From assembly GCA_019828565.1 (NCBI GenBank), contig JAHDYR010000041.1, positions 101,616 to 165,615 of the forward strand: a stretch of 64,000 nucleotides of DNA, in the 5' to 3' direction. Shown piece by piece: positions 45,011-56,785 of the stretch; the stretch's first letter is position 1, and the number at the start of each line of letters is the position of its first letter. The position numbers and the translations under genes are program-made. The notes beneath the pieces are model-generated. The model was not told the DNA's origin and did not search any database. It saw nothing but the letters and a program-made list of their open reading frames with translations. The stretch is from Carpediemonas membranifera BICM. Taxonomy: Eukaryota > Protista > Fornicata.

Positions 45011-45504
45011 GGATCATGCCAATTGCCGATCTCAGCTCTATGGAGCTAAGTGCACTTGAGCTCTGAGCCAAGTCTTCTGATTCCATCTTATCGCCGATAA
45101 AAAATTGCAAATTTTGAGATACAGAAGATTGAATCTGTCCCCCAGAAAACCGAACATACTCCGATGATGTATACTGACTATATACCGTAGTATGGCCTGC
45201 TTTCTGGGGGACAGCTTCATTCTTTTGATTGGTTGATTCAGTCATTAGTTCCCGGCGACTGAGAAGGAGTTGACGCATAAAAACAACAGAGGATACTCTT
45301 TAGAACACACAGACTTTGCTGACAAGGCCACTTGGTCGTACGACCACTTTTGCCTTCGACCTTAAAATGCGAGAGGCAATTTGCTCGACCACCAATCTCG
45401 CACATGTTACATCAAGCATGGATATGTCATTAATGCACTCGCATCTATCATTTCAGCTGCTTCTTAGGACTTCGAACGCCCTGAAGCACGAATAAGGAAT
45501 TTGC

Positions 45505-45552
45505 GTTTATCCTCCGTATATCCCCGGATTAACTGGCCATTCTAACAGTATG
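45505..45552 (-). repeat. Right TIR of B
   Basis: Perfect reverse complement of 8967-9014. Confidence 0.95.
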
Positions 45553-47606
45553 CGCGAGACACAAGCCAGAAGCCTTCGCCCTTGCCCTGAAGCCACTACT
45601 TGTCGATGTGGCCGAAGGCGTCCCGTACACAAACGTTCTGGCCCACTCCCGCCTCGTCCCACTGCCCAAGCCTGGCAAACCCGACGAGGTCCGGCCCATC
45701 GCCATGGGAGAGGCCCTTCGTCGAGTAGCAGCCAAGCTACTAGCCAAGGCGGTTACCGCGTCCCTCGCGGATGACCCTCTCCTCGATGACCAGTACGGGC
45801 GGGGTGAGTCGTGCGGCACAGAAGTTATGGGTCTGCGCCTGCAAGAAGCGTATTCCCGTGGCCAAAGCATCTGCGCCGTTGATCTCAGCAATGCGTACGG
45901 CACCATGCCCCGCAAATTGTTGAGGTCCACAGCCGCCGCGGCCTGCCCTGTTGCGATCCCGTACTTTGACGCCGTATATGGCAATGGAAGGCTGGTTCTG
46001 CCGTCCGGCCGCGTCGTCGAGTCCCTAGAGGGCATCGCTCAAGGAGACCCACTGTCCCCCATTCTGTTCACGCTGGCCATGCGGCCAATCATCGACACGC
46101 TGAAGACGAAATGGGGCGGCGAGTGGGTTGCCTACCAGGACGACGTCACATGGATTGCCCCCCGGGGACGACTAGCGGCGCCATCCAGGGCTTTTTCGAT
46201 GGAGCTTGTGAAGCTTTCCGACAAATTGGCGTAACAATGAAACCGGCTAAATGCCAGTGGATTTGTGCATCCGCGCCGCAGAATGCACGTACTGTTCGCG
46301 TTACGTGCTCGCCAACTGGAGTAATCGTGGGAATTCCCATTGGCGGCATCGAAGCGGAACGGATGCAGCTCATGACGAAGCTAGACGAGCAGAAACAGAT
46401 GTTGCTTAGTGTGGTGTCGATGGTTGAAGACATTGGAACGGATGGGACGTCCGTTGCTCTGAATCTTATCCGTTCGTGTATTCTGCCGAAGCTTTCATTT
46501 TTGATGAGATCTGTCGATCCAGCCCAACACCGTGAGACCATACGAAACTTCGAGTCCAACGTCCTGACGCCGGCGATTGCGAGAATTCTTCTCCTAGACC
46601 CTGAGAAGTACAACTCACTCCGGCTCGGCCTCGATTTCTCCGATAACGGCCTCCGCCTGCCCACCCCGAGCATGACCTGGGACGCAGCTTACCTAGCCGC
46701 AACCGCCCAACTGCACGATGTGGGCTGGGACAGAACCCCCGACGAATCAACCTTCGCCGCCAACGACACCTCCATCGACTGGCCTCGTGGGATGGACCAG
46801 CTCTACGGCAAGCCAGTGACTGGCCTTCAGCGCACCCTAACAAAAATCTCTCGCGCCCATGCAGCAGCCGTCGCCCCGATCGTGGAGTCGACCCCGGTGA
46901 CCCCGATTCTCGCGGCCGAAGCCGCCCTGTCCCCCTCTCCTATGCGACGCCGATCCGTGGCGACCTTTTCACCACCATGGTGAGGTCACACCTCGGCGCA
47001 CCACCGTTCGAGACGGACTCAACCGTCCGCTGCCCGCTCTGCGGTAACTCGAATGTGTCGTGGCAGCACACGTTGTCCTGTCCTAAGCTCCTGGAGGGTG
47101 CCAGGACCATGCGTCATGACCTAGTTCGTGACTGCGTGCGCTCCTTCCTGTGGAGTAACGACGTGCTTGCCCGCAAGGAGTTCGCCTTGAACAGTCGCAC
47201 CCGCGGCTACTCGGCCGACCCAGCCTACCAGAGTAACGCTCGCGCCGACGTCTATGTCCCGCTGCGTCGCTCTCCCACGGGCAGGGTCGCCAACGAGCCC
47301 ATCATCATCGACGTGGTGATCTCGAAGGATCAGGCCAACGCCGAGTCAGACAAGTCCGCGCAGTACCACAACTGGTCAGCCGAGCTACTGACGGCCGCCT
47401 GCGAGATCACTGGCGAAGCGTGCAGTGATGACCAGGGCGAGTCCTGGTGTGTGAGATTGTGTAAGATGGTCGGCCTGAGTGTGGGGGCCGGCCGCTTCCT
47501 GGAGCAGGAAGTGATGCGCTGCATCTGGAACGGCAACGTCCAGATCTACTCGGATTACGTCACGCAGTTCGAGCGGGCCACAGCGCAGGACTGGCTGCGG
47601 GAATAA
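45553..47606 (+). mobile_element. CRE-clade non-LTR retrotransposon copy 1, RT + zinc knuckle + RLE endonuclease (2 frameshifts)
   Basis: RPIAMGEALRRVAAK, QYGRG, DLSNAY, GIAQGDPLSP, AYQDD, CPLC..H..SCP..RHD, RADV..IIDV..K. Confidence 0.92.
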
Positions 47607-47795
47607 TTTGTGCTGGAATCTCATCTCGCGTGTGGAAAGGCCGAGGGGGCCGGCGACGAGGCTGCGGGAGCAGCCGGAGGAGCCGAACAAGGGATGCCCA
47701 CAGGTGACACATCTAAGTCGACACAGGCGCGGGAATACAGGCGCGAACGTCTCTGGACGCAGCGTGAAAGGAGGTTTTCGACCTATTAAACGGCG

Positions 47796-49594
47796 ATGGT
47801 AGTCTCAGTCTTTGTCAGCAAAGAAGTCGTGGAGCGGCTTCTGAGCGGGACTGAAGGAACTATCCAGCTCGAAGATCCTGTTTCCCAGATCTTCGACGCC
47901 GTGCGCATTCTGTTTGGTAAGCATGTACCAAAATCTCTCTTTGCCGAACACTGGTCCTCGTACCAGAAAGTCCGCCGCCTCTTTAACGATGTAGAGCTTG
48001 TGAAAAAGCTGTTCATTCAAGATAGAGGACGTCCCGAGCGCTTCACCAAGAGAGTCTCCGAAGAACTCATTGCCACTGTGAGTCCGCTCTTCCCAGTGAT
48101 CCAGAGGCCCTCAAACCGAGACTTCAAGCAGAGATTACACCAAGTACTAAGCTCAATCCAGTTGATCAGGAACCTACCGCCGCATCCCGTCCAATTCCTG
48201 ATGCACCGAATGGACTCGCGAATCCGTATAGACACAGAGGGCCGTGACCATACGCTATCCCTAGGCCGCCGCAGGGCTCTACTAGAGCAACTACGGGCGG
48301 CGGGATGCCCACGGCTCTCCACCATCGATGAGATTGACAACGGACCCGTTGCGTCAGCCCACCAAACATCAGGAACGCAAATCGAGAGGGAGGAGATGAT
48401 GATCGCGGAGCTTATACCCCCGATAAGTCCACCTCTCGGCTCAGGACCACCCACCCCCGCCCAGTCACAGGAGACAGGCATCGTGCCTAGACCTAACGAC
48501 AGCGAGGAGACCAGTCGGCCCACGAATGTCCAGCCTAGACATAACGGGGCACCCGCTCCCATGCCTGGCGGCCAAAGCGTGGCTGACACCAACCACCGGG
48601 GGATGGACGTACCAACGGTCCGAGTGAACCAGGCTATCGCAGCCTTCGCTCGTGACCTACGGGACGCCATCCACCCGGACCTGCGGGAAGAGCTCTGGCG
48701 TGATGCCGACACAGTCCGCCAGACGCTTCTCTCGCCCCCCGCGCTCGAGCGAGCCATGGGGACGGAGCGCAGGAGGCACCTCACGAAGGCGCAAGCCATC
48801 GAGATTGAGACGTGTCTCCTGCGTGCCGCAGGCGGCCTAACCCTGCCCCCCCACTTCTCGCGCCGGTTCCCGTCGAACGGGATTGTGGCCAAACATGGCT
48901 CACGCCGTGTTGCGGCCGCAGCGCACATCGCTCTGGGGCTGCCGCTCCCTGCTATATTGGCGCACCCTGCAACACAGGCCACCAACAATAGGCAGACCCG
49001 AGCGCCTACAAGACCTCTTGGGTTCCTTCCAGACCCCGCCGACGTGGCTCGCATCGGCCGCAGCCGACCGACGCGGAGGGGAACCAAGGGTTATGTCCGT
49101 GCCCTCATCGGAAAGGTCACCGCCTGCGCGGCAGCCAGAGATGAGGACAAGCGCGATCGTCTCATCGACGTGATGCTGCACCCACAAACAGCACTTCGCC
49201 CCCGGAGGACCCGCCATAATCAGGTGGGAAGCACGTCGAGAAGCCGACTCGCCTACCAGCACGCCAGACGAGGGTACTACAGCAAGTCCATGAGTGCCCT
49301 GGTCTCGGAAGAACTGCAGATGACCCCAGCCGAAGCAGAGGAGAAGATGGTTCGGATGCAAGCTGACCCCTTCCAAGGCAGTCTTGATGACCTCCCAATC
49401 CGCCATCCCCTCGCCCCGCTCACCTCGGTAGAGTTCGAAACTCGGGACATCATCGATGTCCTGAGCAGTCTTCCGGCCGACTCGGCTCCCGGTCCGTCGG
49501 GCATGAGCTTCCTCCACTTGAAGCTCGCCGCGAGACACAAGCCAGAAGCCTTCGCCCTTGCCCTGAAGCCACTACTTGTCGATGTGGCCGAAGG
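47796..49594 (+). mobile_element. CRE-clade retrotransposon copy 2, 5' part of ORF, interrupted by D
   Basis: Follows copy 1 head-to-tail; 49529-49594 repeats 45553-45618, giving a unit of 3976 bp. Confidence 0.9.
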
Positions 49595-50511
49595 CATACT
49601 GTTAGAATGGCCAGTTAATCCGGGGATATACGGAGGATAAACGCAAATTCCTTATTCGTGCTTCAGGGCGTTCGAAGTCCTAAGAAGCAGCTGAAATGAT
49701 AGATGCGAGTGCATTAATGACATATCCATGCTTGATGTAACATGTGCGAGATTGGTGGTCGAGCAAATTGCCTCTCGCATTTTAAGGTCGAAGGCAAAAG
49801 TGGTCGTACGACCAAGTGGCCTTGTCAGCAAAGTCTGTGTGTTCTAAAGAGTATCCTCTGTTGTTTTTATGCGTCAACTCCTTCTCAGTCGCCGGGAACT
49901 AATGACTGAATCAACCAATCAAAAGAATGAAGCTGTCCCCCAGAAAGCAGGCCATACTACGGTGGTATATAGTCAGTATACATCATCGGAGTATGTTCGG
50001 TTTTCTGGGGGACAGATTCAATCTTCTGTATCTCAAAATTTGCATTTTTTTATCGGCGATAAGATGGAATCAGAAGACTTGGCTCAGAGCTCAAGTGCAC
50101 TTAGCTCCATAGAGCTGAGATCGGCAATTGGCATGATCCACCGCCGCAGAAGGTGCCCAAAGAGGCGCTGACGTTGAGCGGTCGATCATGGCCGTTTAAC
50201 ACATCAACGGGGGCCTCATCCCATGCAGTATCCATAACTTTTTACCATTTTCTTCTAGCTGCACTGGTTGGCAAATGAGCATTTTGTGTCGCCTTCATCA
50301 TGGCAATATTCGAGATCAAATCCAGATTTGCTTTTTTTGTGCACAAGGAGCACAACAGCAAATTCGCAAGTAATGCAGATGAAAATCAGATGAATCTTAA
50401 TCAGGCACTCTCATACACACACTGCTTTAGTTTCGGAGCCAACGTCCATAAACTGAAGGAGTTCTGAACATTGTTTCACCAATTGTGTGAAACTGGTGAA
50501 ATTGTGAAATA

Positions 50512-53220
50512 GTGTTGAAACGGCCAGAGAAGAAGAAGGAACCCCGGCAGCGCAGTTGTAGCTGCTCTTATAGAGCTATAGCAACAGCCAAATTGTCTGA
50601 TTTATCTCACAGACCGTTGCGCATGTACCTGCCTAGTTTTTGTACAAAAATCTTGCTTTTTTTAAACTCTACAGAAATCATGGTTGCTCATATTGTGTTC
50701 GAGAGCCACATCGGTACAATATATGATGACCAGCCACGCTCAGTTGAGCGCATGAATTACCTTCTTGGCTGTACCTACTTCGCCATGGTCGGAATTGGCC
50801 TCAACTCCGCCAGAACAAGACCTCAGCGCGAGCAATTCTGCCAGCTCGTCCGCGAGATGGAGGAGGCGGACCTGATCTCCCAGCGCATTCACGACGCAAG
50901 GTTCTTCCGCCCTCCAGCAGACTCCCGTCCCTTCCAACGTGCCGCAACCGCACACGGAAATCAACACCCTCCTCACCCTGTCTTCGTACGGGACGATTAC
51001 CGCACCCACGCCATCCAGGAGCGTGCTGTGCAGGACTACAACGACTCAGAGGAGCGCTCCGCCAACTTTTCTGAGATCATGGAGCTCACATCGATCCTGA
51101 TGTACGTCCGCAATGGCTTCAACTCGACCCAAGAGCTCTTTAAGCTCATCAACAACATCTCCCGCCGGCTTGGAAAGCCGATCTCGAAGAACAAGACCGC
51201 GGAGGTGCTCATTAAGGACCTTGGCATTGACATGACCAGAATATCTGGTGTCTCAGAGGCCCTCACTGAGGAGGAGCGCGCCTTCGTCAAGCATCTCGTG
51301 CCGTGCAGGTCGGTCTCAGGCAATACAACATGGCGGCGTACCATGTCCGGCACGCAGTCGCGACTTGAGCTCACGAACCGTTTGACTGTAGCCGACGGAG
51401 CCGAGCCGACTCCGTTTTTCGACCACGACCTCGTCGCCGACCACACTTGGGAGCGACCGACGCTCACCCTCCACTATGACAGCGAATCCGACGCTGTCCA
51501 GCACTACCAGTCCCTCAAAGGCAGTGTAGGTATCGCCCATCTGGGCAAGCGACTGAACAGCTCGACCTGGGACAAGGTGGAAACGGTGTGGTTTGATGGC
51601 GTGTACTATCTGCAGCAGGCAGTGCTTCACCCGGAGTGGCTCGAGTCTGACCAGACGAACTTCGAGCGTTGCTCTCGTGCCCTTCAGGACCCAGGCCATG
51701 TCGAGTTCCAACCACTAAAACTACTCCTGTGGCTCGACGCATGGAAGGGACATACCGCAACGTTCAAGATCCGCATCTACGACCCGTCAGGCTTCACGTT
51801 CCCTAACCGCATCACTCCCCCCTTCCGACCCGTTGAGTGTCTTGCCGGTGAGAAGGAGCTGACGGAGGAGGGAAACCTTCAACTCGTTGAGGAAGAAGTC
51901 GAGCGGATCTATCAAGCCCTCATACCGATCAGAGGAACTGACCAGGTCACCACCTTCGACCAAGTCATCGTCATGGGCGATCACGCGGCCATCAGGAAGC
52001 TGTCATCCGGCATCGAGGGTAATGGAGGGCACTATCCCCAGCCCTTCAACAGCATCCGTCGAGACCACAAGGCGCTGCACCCCATTCCGGCGCACTCTCG
52101 GGTCACCTTGCATGATTTGCTCGAGCAGAAGGCAGCGTTCCACGCCGTGCAGGCCGACCCCGACCGTGTGCAGGACCCGAAAGAGGAGTATGGCAACTTC
52201 TCCGACAAGAGGGCCATCTTCGAGAACCGGCCAGAGCCCCGAGTCATCCACACGGAGCGAGTTGTCTTTTGTCCTCCGATCATGCACAACTCGCACCGCC
52301 TGCTCGAGCAAGTGGCACGGCTATGCGCCAGCTTCCCCGCTGATCGGAACGCAACTGCCGTAGACAAGCGCAAGCTCCAGCGCATGTCATCCAACCGCAG
52401 TATTGACCGCACTGTCGGGTGCAACGAGCAGTCTGCTGCCAGAGTTCGCATGGCGAACACCACGAACGAGGATTACGAGGCTCTTCCTGAGTCCGTCCAA
52501 GATATTGTGCGACTCATTGGCTATCTCCAGGCTCTTTACTACTCAACCGAGCCTGTCACCGACAGCAAAGTCGCATTCCACTTCTTGGCCGCGTCCATGT
52601 GCCACCTGTTCCACGTCATGCTCAGTCTGCAGGCACACCAGACAAAGCTGGCGTTGCTCCCTCCTGGGCAAGCAGACAAGGCGGAGAAGCCATGTGCCCA
52701 GACACTCTATGTCAACAGCAGGCTCACTGCCCAGCCTCTTCTTCACGATCATCTCCGAATTCCTCTTTTTTACCTCCTCGAGGAGTTCTTTGAGAGAGAG
52801 TTCATCAAGAACCAGGAGGTCCGAGCCGAGTTGCACAGGTCGGCCATGATCGAGAAGCTGTGTTTGACCGAGCAGACCACCCTCATCTGCACGTTCTTAA
52901 CGGGTATTCGCTCGTTCGGTCGCCAGGACTACTCAGTCCCCCCGCTGAACAGGCTTCGTCGTGTCCGAGTCCACCAATGCTGCAGACAAGCTCGCTCATG
53001 GTTCGCCATTCGCAGCCACATGGAGGCAAGGCACCAATTCCATGCCACGGCGGCGGTGGTGCGCCTCTTCCAGGAGCTCGTTGACGAGATGTGGCAGTAC
53101 GTCAACGATTATACGGCTTTGGCATGGGACGAAGAGTCTGGGGTGATGGTTTGCGAGTTGGCAGACATGGGTGAGGAGCTTGTTTGCTGCATTTGCGGTC
53201 ATGCACGCGCTGAGCAGTGA
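50512..53220 (+). CDS. Chapaev/Transib/RAG1-like DDE transposase of D (intact ORF; true start uncertain)
   Basis: LWLDAWK, VMGDHAAI, PPIMHNSH, RTVGCNEQ, IPLFYLLEEFFE; collinear motifs with 41168-43909. Confidence 0.8.
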   Translation: MLKRPEKKKEPRQRSCSCSYRAIATAKLSDLSHRPLRMYLPSFCTKILLFLNSTEIMVAHIVFESHIGTIYDDQPRSVERMNYLLGCTYFAMVGIGLNSARTRPQREQFCQLVREMEEADLISQRIHDARFFRPPADSRPFQRAATAHGNQHPPHPVFVRDDYRTHAIQERAVQDYNDSEERSANFSEIMELTSILMYVRNGFNSTQELFKLINNISRRLGKPISKNKTAEVLIKDLGIDMTRISGVSEALTEEERAFVKHLVPCRSVSGNTTWRRTMSGTQSRLELTNRLTVADGAEPTPFFDHDLVADHTWERPTLTLHYDSESDAVQHYQSLKGSVGIAHLGKRLNSSTWDKVETVWFDGVYYLQQAVLHPEWLESDQTNFERCSRALQDPGHVEFQPLKLLLWLDAWKGHTATFKIRIYDPSGFTFPNRITPPFRPVECLAGEKELTEEGNLQLVEEEVERIYQALIPIRGTDQVTTFDQVIVMGDHAAIRKLSSGIEGNGGHYPQPFNSIRRDHKALHPIPAHSRVTLHDLLEQKAAFHAVQADPDRVQDPKEEYGNFSDKRAIFENRPEPRVIHTERVVFCPPIMHNSHRLLEQVARLCASFPADRNATAVDKRKLQRMSSNRSIDRTVGCNEQSAARVRMANTTNEDYEALPESVQDIVRLIGYLQALYYSTEPVTDSKVAFHFLAASMCHLFHVMLSLQAHQTKLALLPPGQADKAEKPCAQTLYVNSRLTAQPLLHDHLRIPLFYLLEEFFEREFIKNQEVRAELHRSAMIEKLCLTEQTTLICTFLTGIRSFGRQDYSVPPLNRLRRVRVHQCCRQARSWFAIRSHMEARHQFHATAAVVRLFQELVDEMWQYVNDYTALAWDEESGVMVCELADMGEELVCCICGHARAEQ

Positions 53221-53341
53221 GTAAAGGAGTTTTATTGGTCAGTACATCCCATTTGGTGTGTTTCCCCCAACTACCAATTTTTTTTTTCAACATTGGTAGT
53301 TTCACAATTTTCACATTACGTCACTTGTTTGGTGAAAAACA

Positions 53342-54109
53342 ATGGAAACGCCACTTCCGACATGGCTGACGATGAATTTATCGCAACACAAGGCCTATAT
53401 TCAATATGTCAAGCTTTCAGACAAGTCTGAGCTCTTGCCGTCTGTCAGGGCCTTCTTCAACAGAGATCTGGCGACTTCGAACCTCGACTGTCTGAACTAC
53501 TCATTCGTCATGTATGTCAGACCCACTACACTTCTTGTTAACACAGTCTCATCGCAATTCGTGGGGTTGAGATGGACAACATCAAGGCTGCATGCCTTCT
53601 CTTCCGCGAGTCGTACAGGGAGGGGCAGACCATGAGCGGACAACTGCACCAGGAGCGGTTTGTCATCGGCTTACGGACAGCCGTCTCCTGCAGAGGTCTT
53701 GGGTTCGCGAGGGTGCTTCTTAGCATAGCATCTGCCGAAGAACTCGTCCGACTGCAGTGCGACAAGCGACTCCAGGACATGTATGCGTCCTTTGGCCTCA
53801 AGGAGTCATCGGACCCGTCGCAGGTCGAGCAGCTGGTGGACACGGGGGGCAACCCACTTGCCATTGTCACGATGGAGGGCACGATGGGTCCCAACAAGTG
53901 GACCAACCTCGGCAAGAGCCTGACAGAGTGCTGTGGGATGATAATGCAAGGCTCTACGTTGATCCGCGTGACCAACCATGGTAATAGACTTGATCAGCAC
54001 GCTCATGGGATGCCTGCTTCCGACAAGAGGAGTGTTGACTCGTTCGTGGAACGCACCCGTGTGTCCGTGCGCCGTGAACGTGCGGCAAAACGGCCTAACG
54101 TCACCCGAA
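53342..54109 (+). pseudogene. GNAT acetyltransferase truncated by insertion of E; intron 53512-53546
   Basis: Copy of the B GNAT; switches to CATACTGT at 54110. Confidence 0.8.
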
Positions 54110-54818
54110 CATACTGTCAACATCCCTAGATTATCTTTGCTAAACCCTAGATTATCTTCGACCTCAAAAAGCTAGATAATCTACGGTTGCAAGAAAAAAT
54201 GAACTCGACGATGAGCCGGAGCTGGATCTTCAAAGTGGTATGGTAGTACTTGGCTATACCTAAGCAATACGCATGCGCAGTATCAAACTTTAAATCCTGC
54301 TAGAAAAAAGTAACATAGGGACAAATTGGAATTGAGAGTTGAGACTCAAAAAACGGGCAGGGGGGAGGAAATGGTCCATAAGTACGCCTTATGGGTCGCT
54401 TCCTCCCCTCTGCCCCTTTTTTTATCGCAAAATCGATTTGCCGGATTTGACACATGTTTGATGTGATCAAAATGGATTTGATAGACATGAGTCCAGATCA
54501 TGCAGTTGGCCATCCTGAAGCGCTAGGGCGGTCTGCAGACCGCAGCAATGCCTCTGCTGAATGCCCTTCGCCTGACGGACAGGACGCGCGTTGACTCTAA
54601 AGGACTGCATGTTTCGGCATTAAAAGAAGGTGTGGAATACAACGGAGTCATCGCCGAACCGCTCCGACCAAGTCGGTTATTAGGACATCGCGTTCAGACG
54701 CCCTCTGCAATTACCAAGTCAATAGATGGGAGTCGACCTGATCAGCACGTCATTCGGGGTCTCAGGTGACCCTATAGCTGAGCTTGGCTGGGCTCTGCTG
54801 CGGCCATGGGCCGCTAGT

Positions 54819-56740
54819 ATATGTCTCTTATCAGCGTGGTGAAGATCAGGAACACGATGTAGGATCGCTTGCAAAAGCATAGCCGGATCCATCTCGCCAC
54901 CGTCACCACGGTACCTCGCGATGTACTCCTGCAGCTTCGGAATCATCCTCAGTAGCGCTTCAAACATCATGCTGGCGTATCCTGCTGAATCCTTCACCCC
55001 AGAGCTCATATCGGTTTCTTCAGAACGAAATTCTAAAGAAATGTTCGGTGGTAAGTGAGATCACTGCGCATCTAGAGACAGCAGAAACGTAACCTACAGC
55101 CCATATTGATGTGGGCTGGTCTTATCCGGATGTCCAAGGACCTTGATTCGCTCTGGGGTAGTCCCCCCATGACCGTCAGGCACGCGAACCGCATCCTGCA
55201 CGAAGCGGGGATGCAGAGTCTGAAAAGACCCATCTCTCTGTCCGATCTGGATACCCCTGACGATAGATGGAATGAATGAAGCTGTAAACATATCCATTGA
55301 CTCTGAATCTTTTATTTCTCCATCTGCGAGTTAAGCCAGGCCACTGCCTTTCCCGTCAGATATACCTTACGTGTGTCGTGCACCTTCTTTGTTGCTCTTG
55401 CGGCTGAAGCATCAACAGTGGCCTGCTTCAACAAATCTCGGCAGCTAGACTTCGGCGTCTTGGTGCCACGCCGCGTGCAGGCCCACTCTCTATCGTCCAC
55501 GGACTCACCACACACAACGCATGACCCTGCGAATACGGTCGGTGGCTTTCTCCTTCAGCTTCTGTCGAAGCAGATCGCACATCGCGGTCTTGACGACGCG
55601 TCGAGACAATTCATGCGTGCGCAGGGTACTAACAGGCTCAACCAACAGCTCTGTCTGAGTAGACGCCTCCTCTAGGTCTCGCACAGTCTGAGTCTCTGCA
55701 TGCTCACCCTGTGGCGAAAACTGCTGGCATTTTCCCACCATCCTCGGCTTATCAGGATCAGGACCCAGCGCAGTCATGTAAACAGGTACCTCAACCCGCT
55801 TCTCGACTATCCTGACAGGCTGGGAGTCCCTGCGGGAAGGGGCTTGCGGGTGAACTCGCGTCCTGGTCGGCCCCCCGTTCGCCTCGTTGTGCAGAGCCTC
55901 CATGAAGGCATTGAAGCCGTCATCACGGCCCACCTTCTGCGTCACAAACGACATGACGCATGTGACCGACATCTCAAAGGATGCAAAATCGTCAGCACTG
56001 GAAACATCGCGATTGTGGCAGATTGAGTTTCGAGCTGCCAACAGCTCGCGTATATGTCTCTTATCAGCGTGGTGAAGATCAGGAACACGATGTAGGATCG
56101 CTTGCAAAAGCATAGCCGGATCCATCTCGCCACCGTCACCACGGTACCTCGCGATGTACTCCTGCAGCTTCGGAATCATCCTCAGTAGCGCTTCAAACAT
56201 CATGCTGGCGTATCCTGCTGAATCCTTCACCCCAGAGCTCATATCGGTTTCTTCAGAACGAAATTCTAAAGAAATGTTCGGTGGTAAGTGAGATCACTGC
56301 GCATCTAGAGACAGCAGAAACGTAACCTACAGCCCATATTGATGTGGGCTGGTCTTATCCGGATGTCCAAGGACCTTGATTCGCTCTGGGGTAGTCCCCC
56401 CATGACCGTCAGGCACGCGAACCGCATCCTGCACGAAGCGGGGATGCAGAGTCTGAAAAGACCCATCTCTCTGTCCGATCTGGATACCCCTGACGATAGA
56501 TGGAATGAATGAAGCTGTAAACATATCCATTGACTCTGAATCTTTTATTTCTCCATCTGCGAGTTAAGCCAGGCCACTGCCTTTCCCGTCAGATATACCT
56601 TACGTGTGTCGTGCACCTTCTTTGTTGCTCTTGCGGCTGAAGCATCAACAGTGGCCTGCTTCAACAAATCTCGGCAGCTAGACTTCGGCGTCTTGGTGCC
56701 ACGCCGCGTGCAGGCCCACTCTCTATCGTCCACGGACCCA
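54819..56740. repeat. 1233-bp tandem duplication around the HEPN gene
   Basis: 55094 vs 56327 and 55312 vs 56545. Confidence 0.9.
55312..56242 (-). CDS. Swt1-like HEPN-domain protein (one frameshift near 55548)
   Basis: RNSICH motif; near-identical to 21799-22728. Confidence 0.6.
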
Positions 56741-56785
56741 CCGCACACGGCATTCATGATTCCAAGGTCTAATTATTTACTCGAT

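Larger units (their letters stand above)
8967..45552. mobile_element. Giant DNA transposon B (12,144 bp net, containing nested element C)
   Basis: Perfect 48-bp TIRs 8967-9014 and 45505-45552. 2-bp TSD CG: flanks ...ctcgcCG | CGcgagac versus uninterrupted ctcgccgcgagac at 49524-49536. Confidence 0.9.

Noticed and set aside
8967-45552. Endogenous giant virus or Polinton/Maverick
   Set aside because: No capsid, packaging ATPase, PolB or retroviral-type integrase was recognised; TSDs are 2 bp and the termini fit a DDE cut-and-paste element.
47603-47612. U1 snRNA gene suggested by ATAATTTGTG
   Set aside because: No U1 5' ATACTTACCTG or recognisable stems, and it overlaps the retroelement stop codon.
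45013-50140. Retroelement apparently flanked by 540-bp inverted repeats, like a DIRS or composite element with a circularly permuted ORF
   Set aside because: The repeats are the facing ends of two separate transposons (B and D); the apparent permutation comes from a tandem array.
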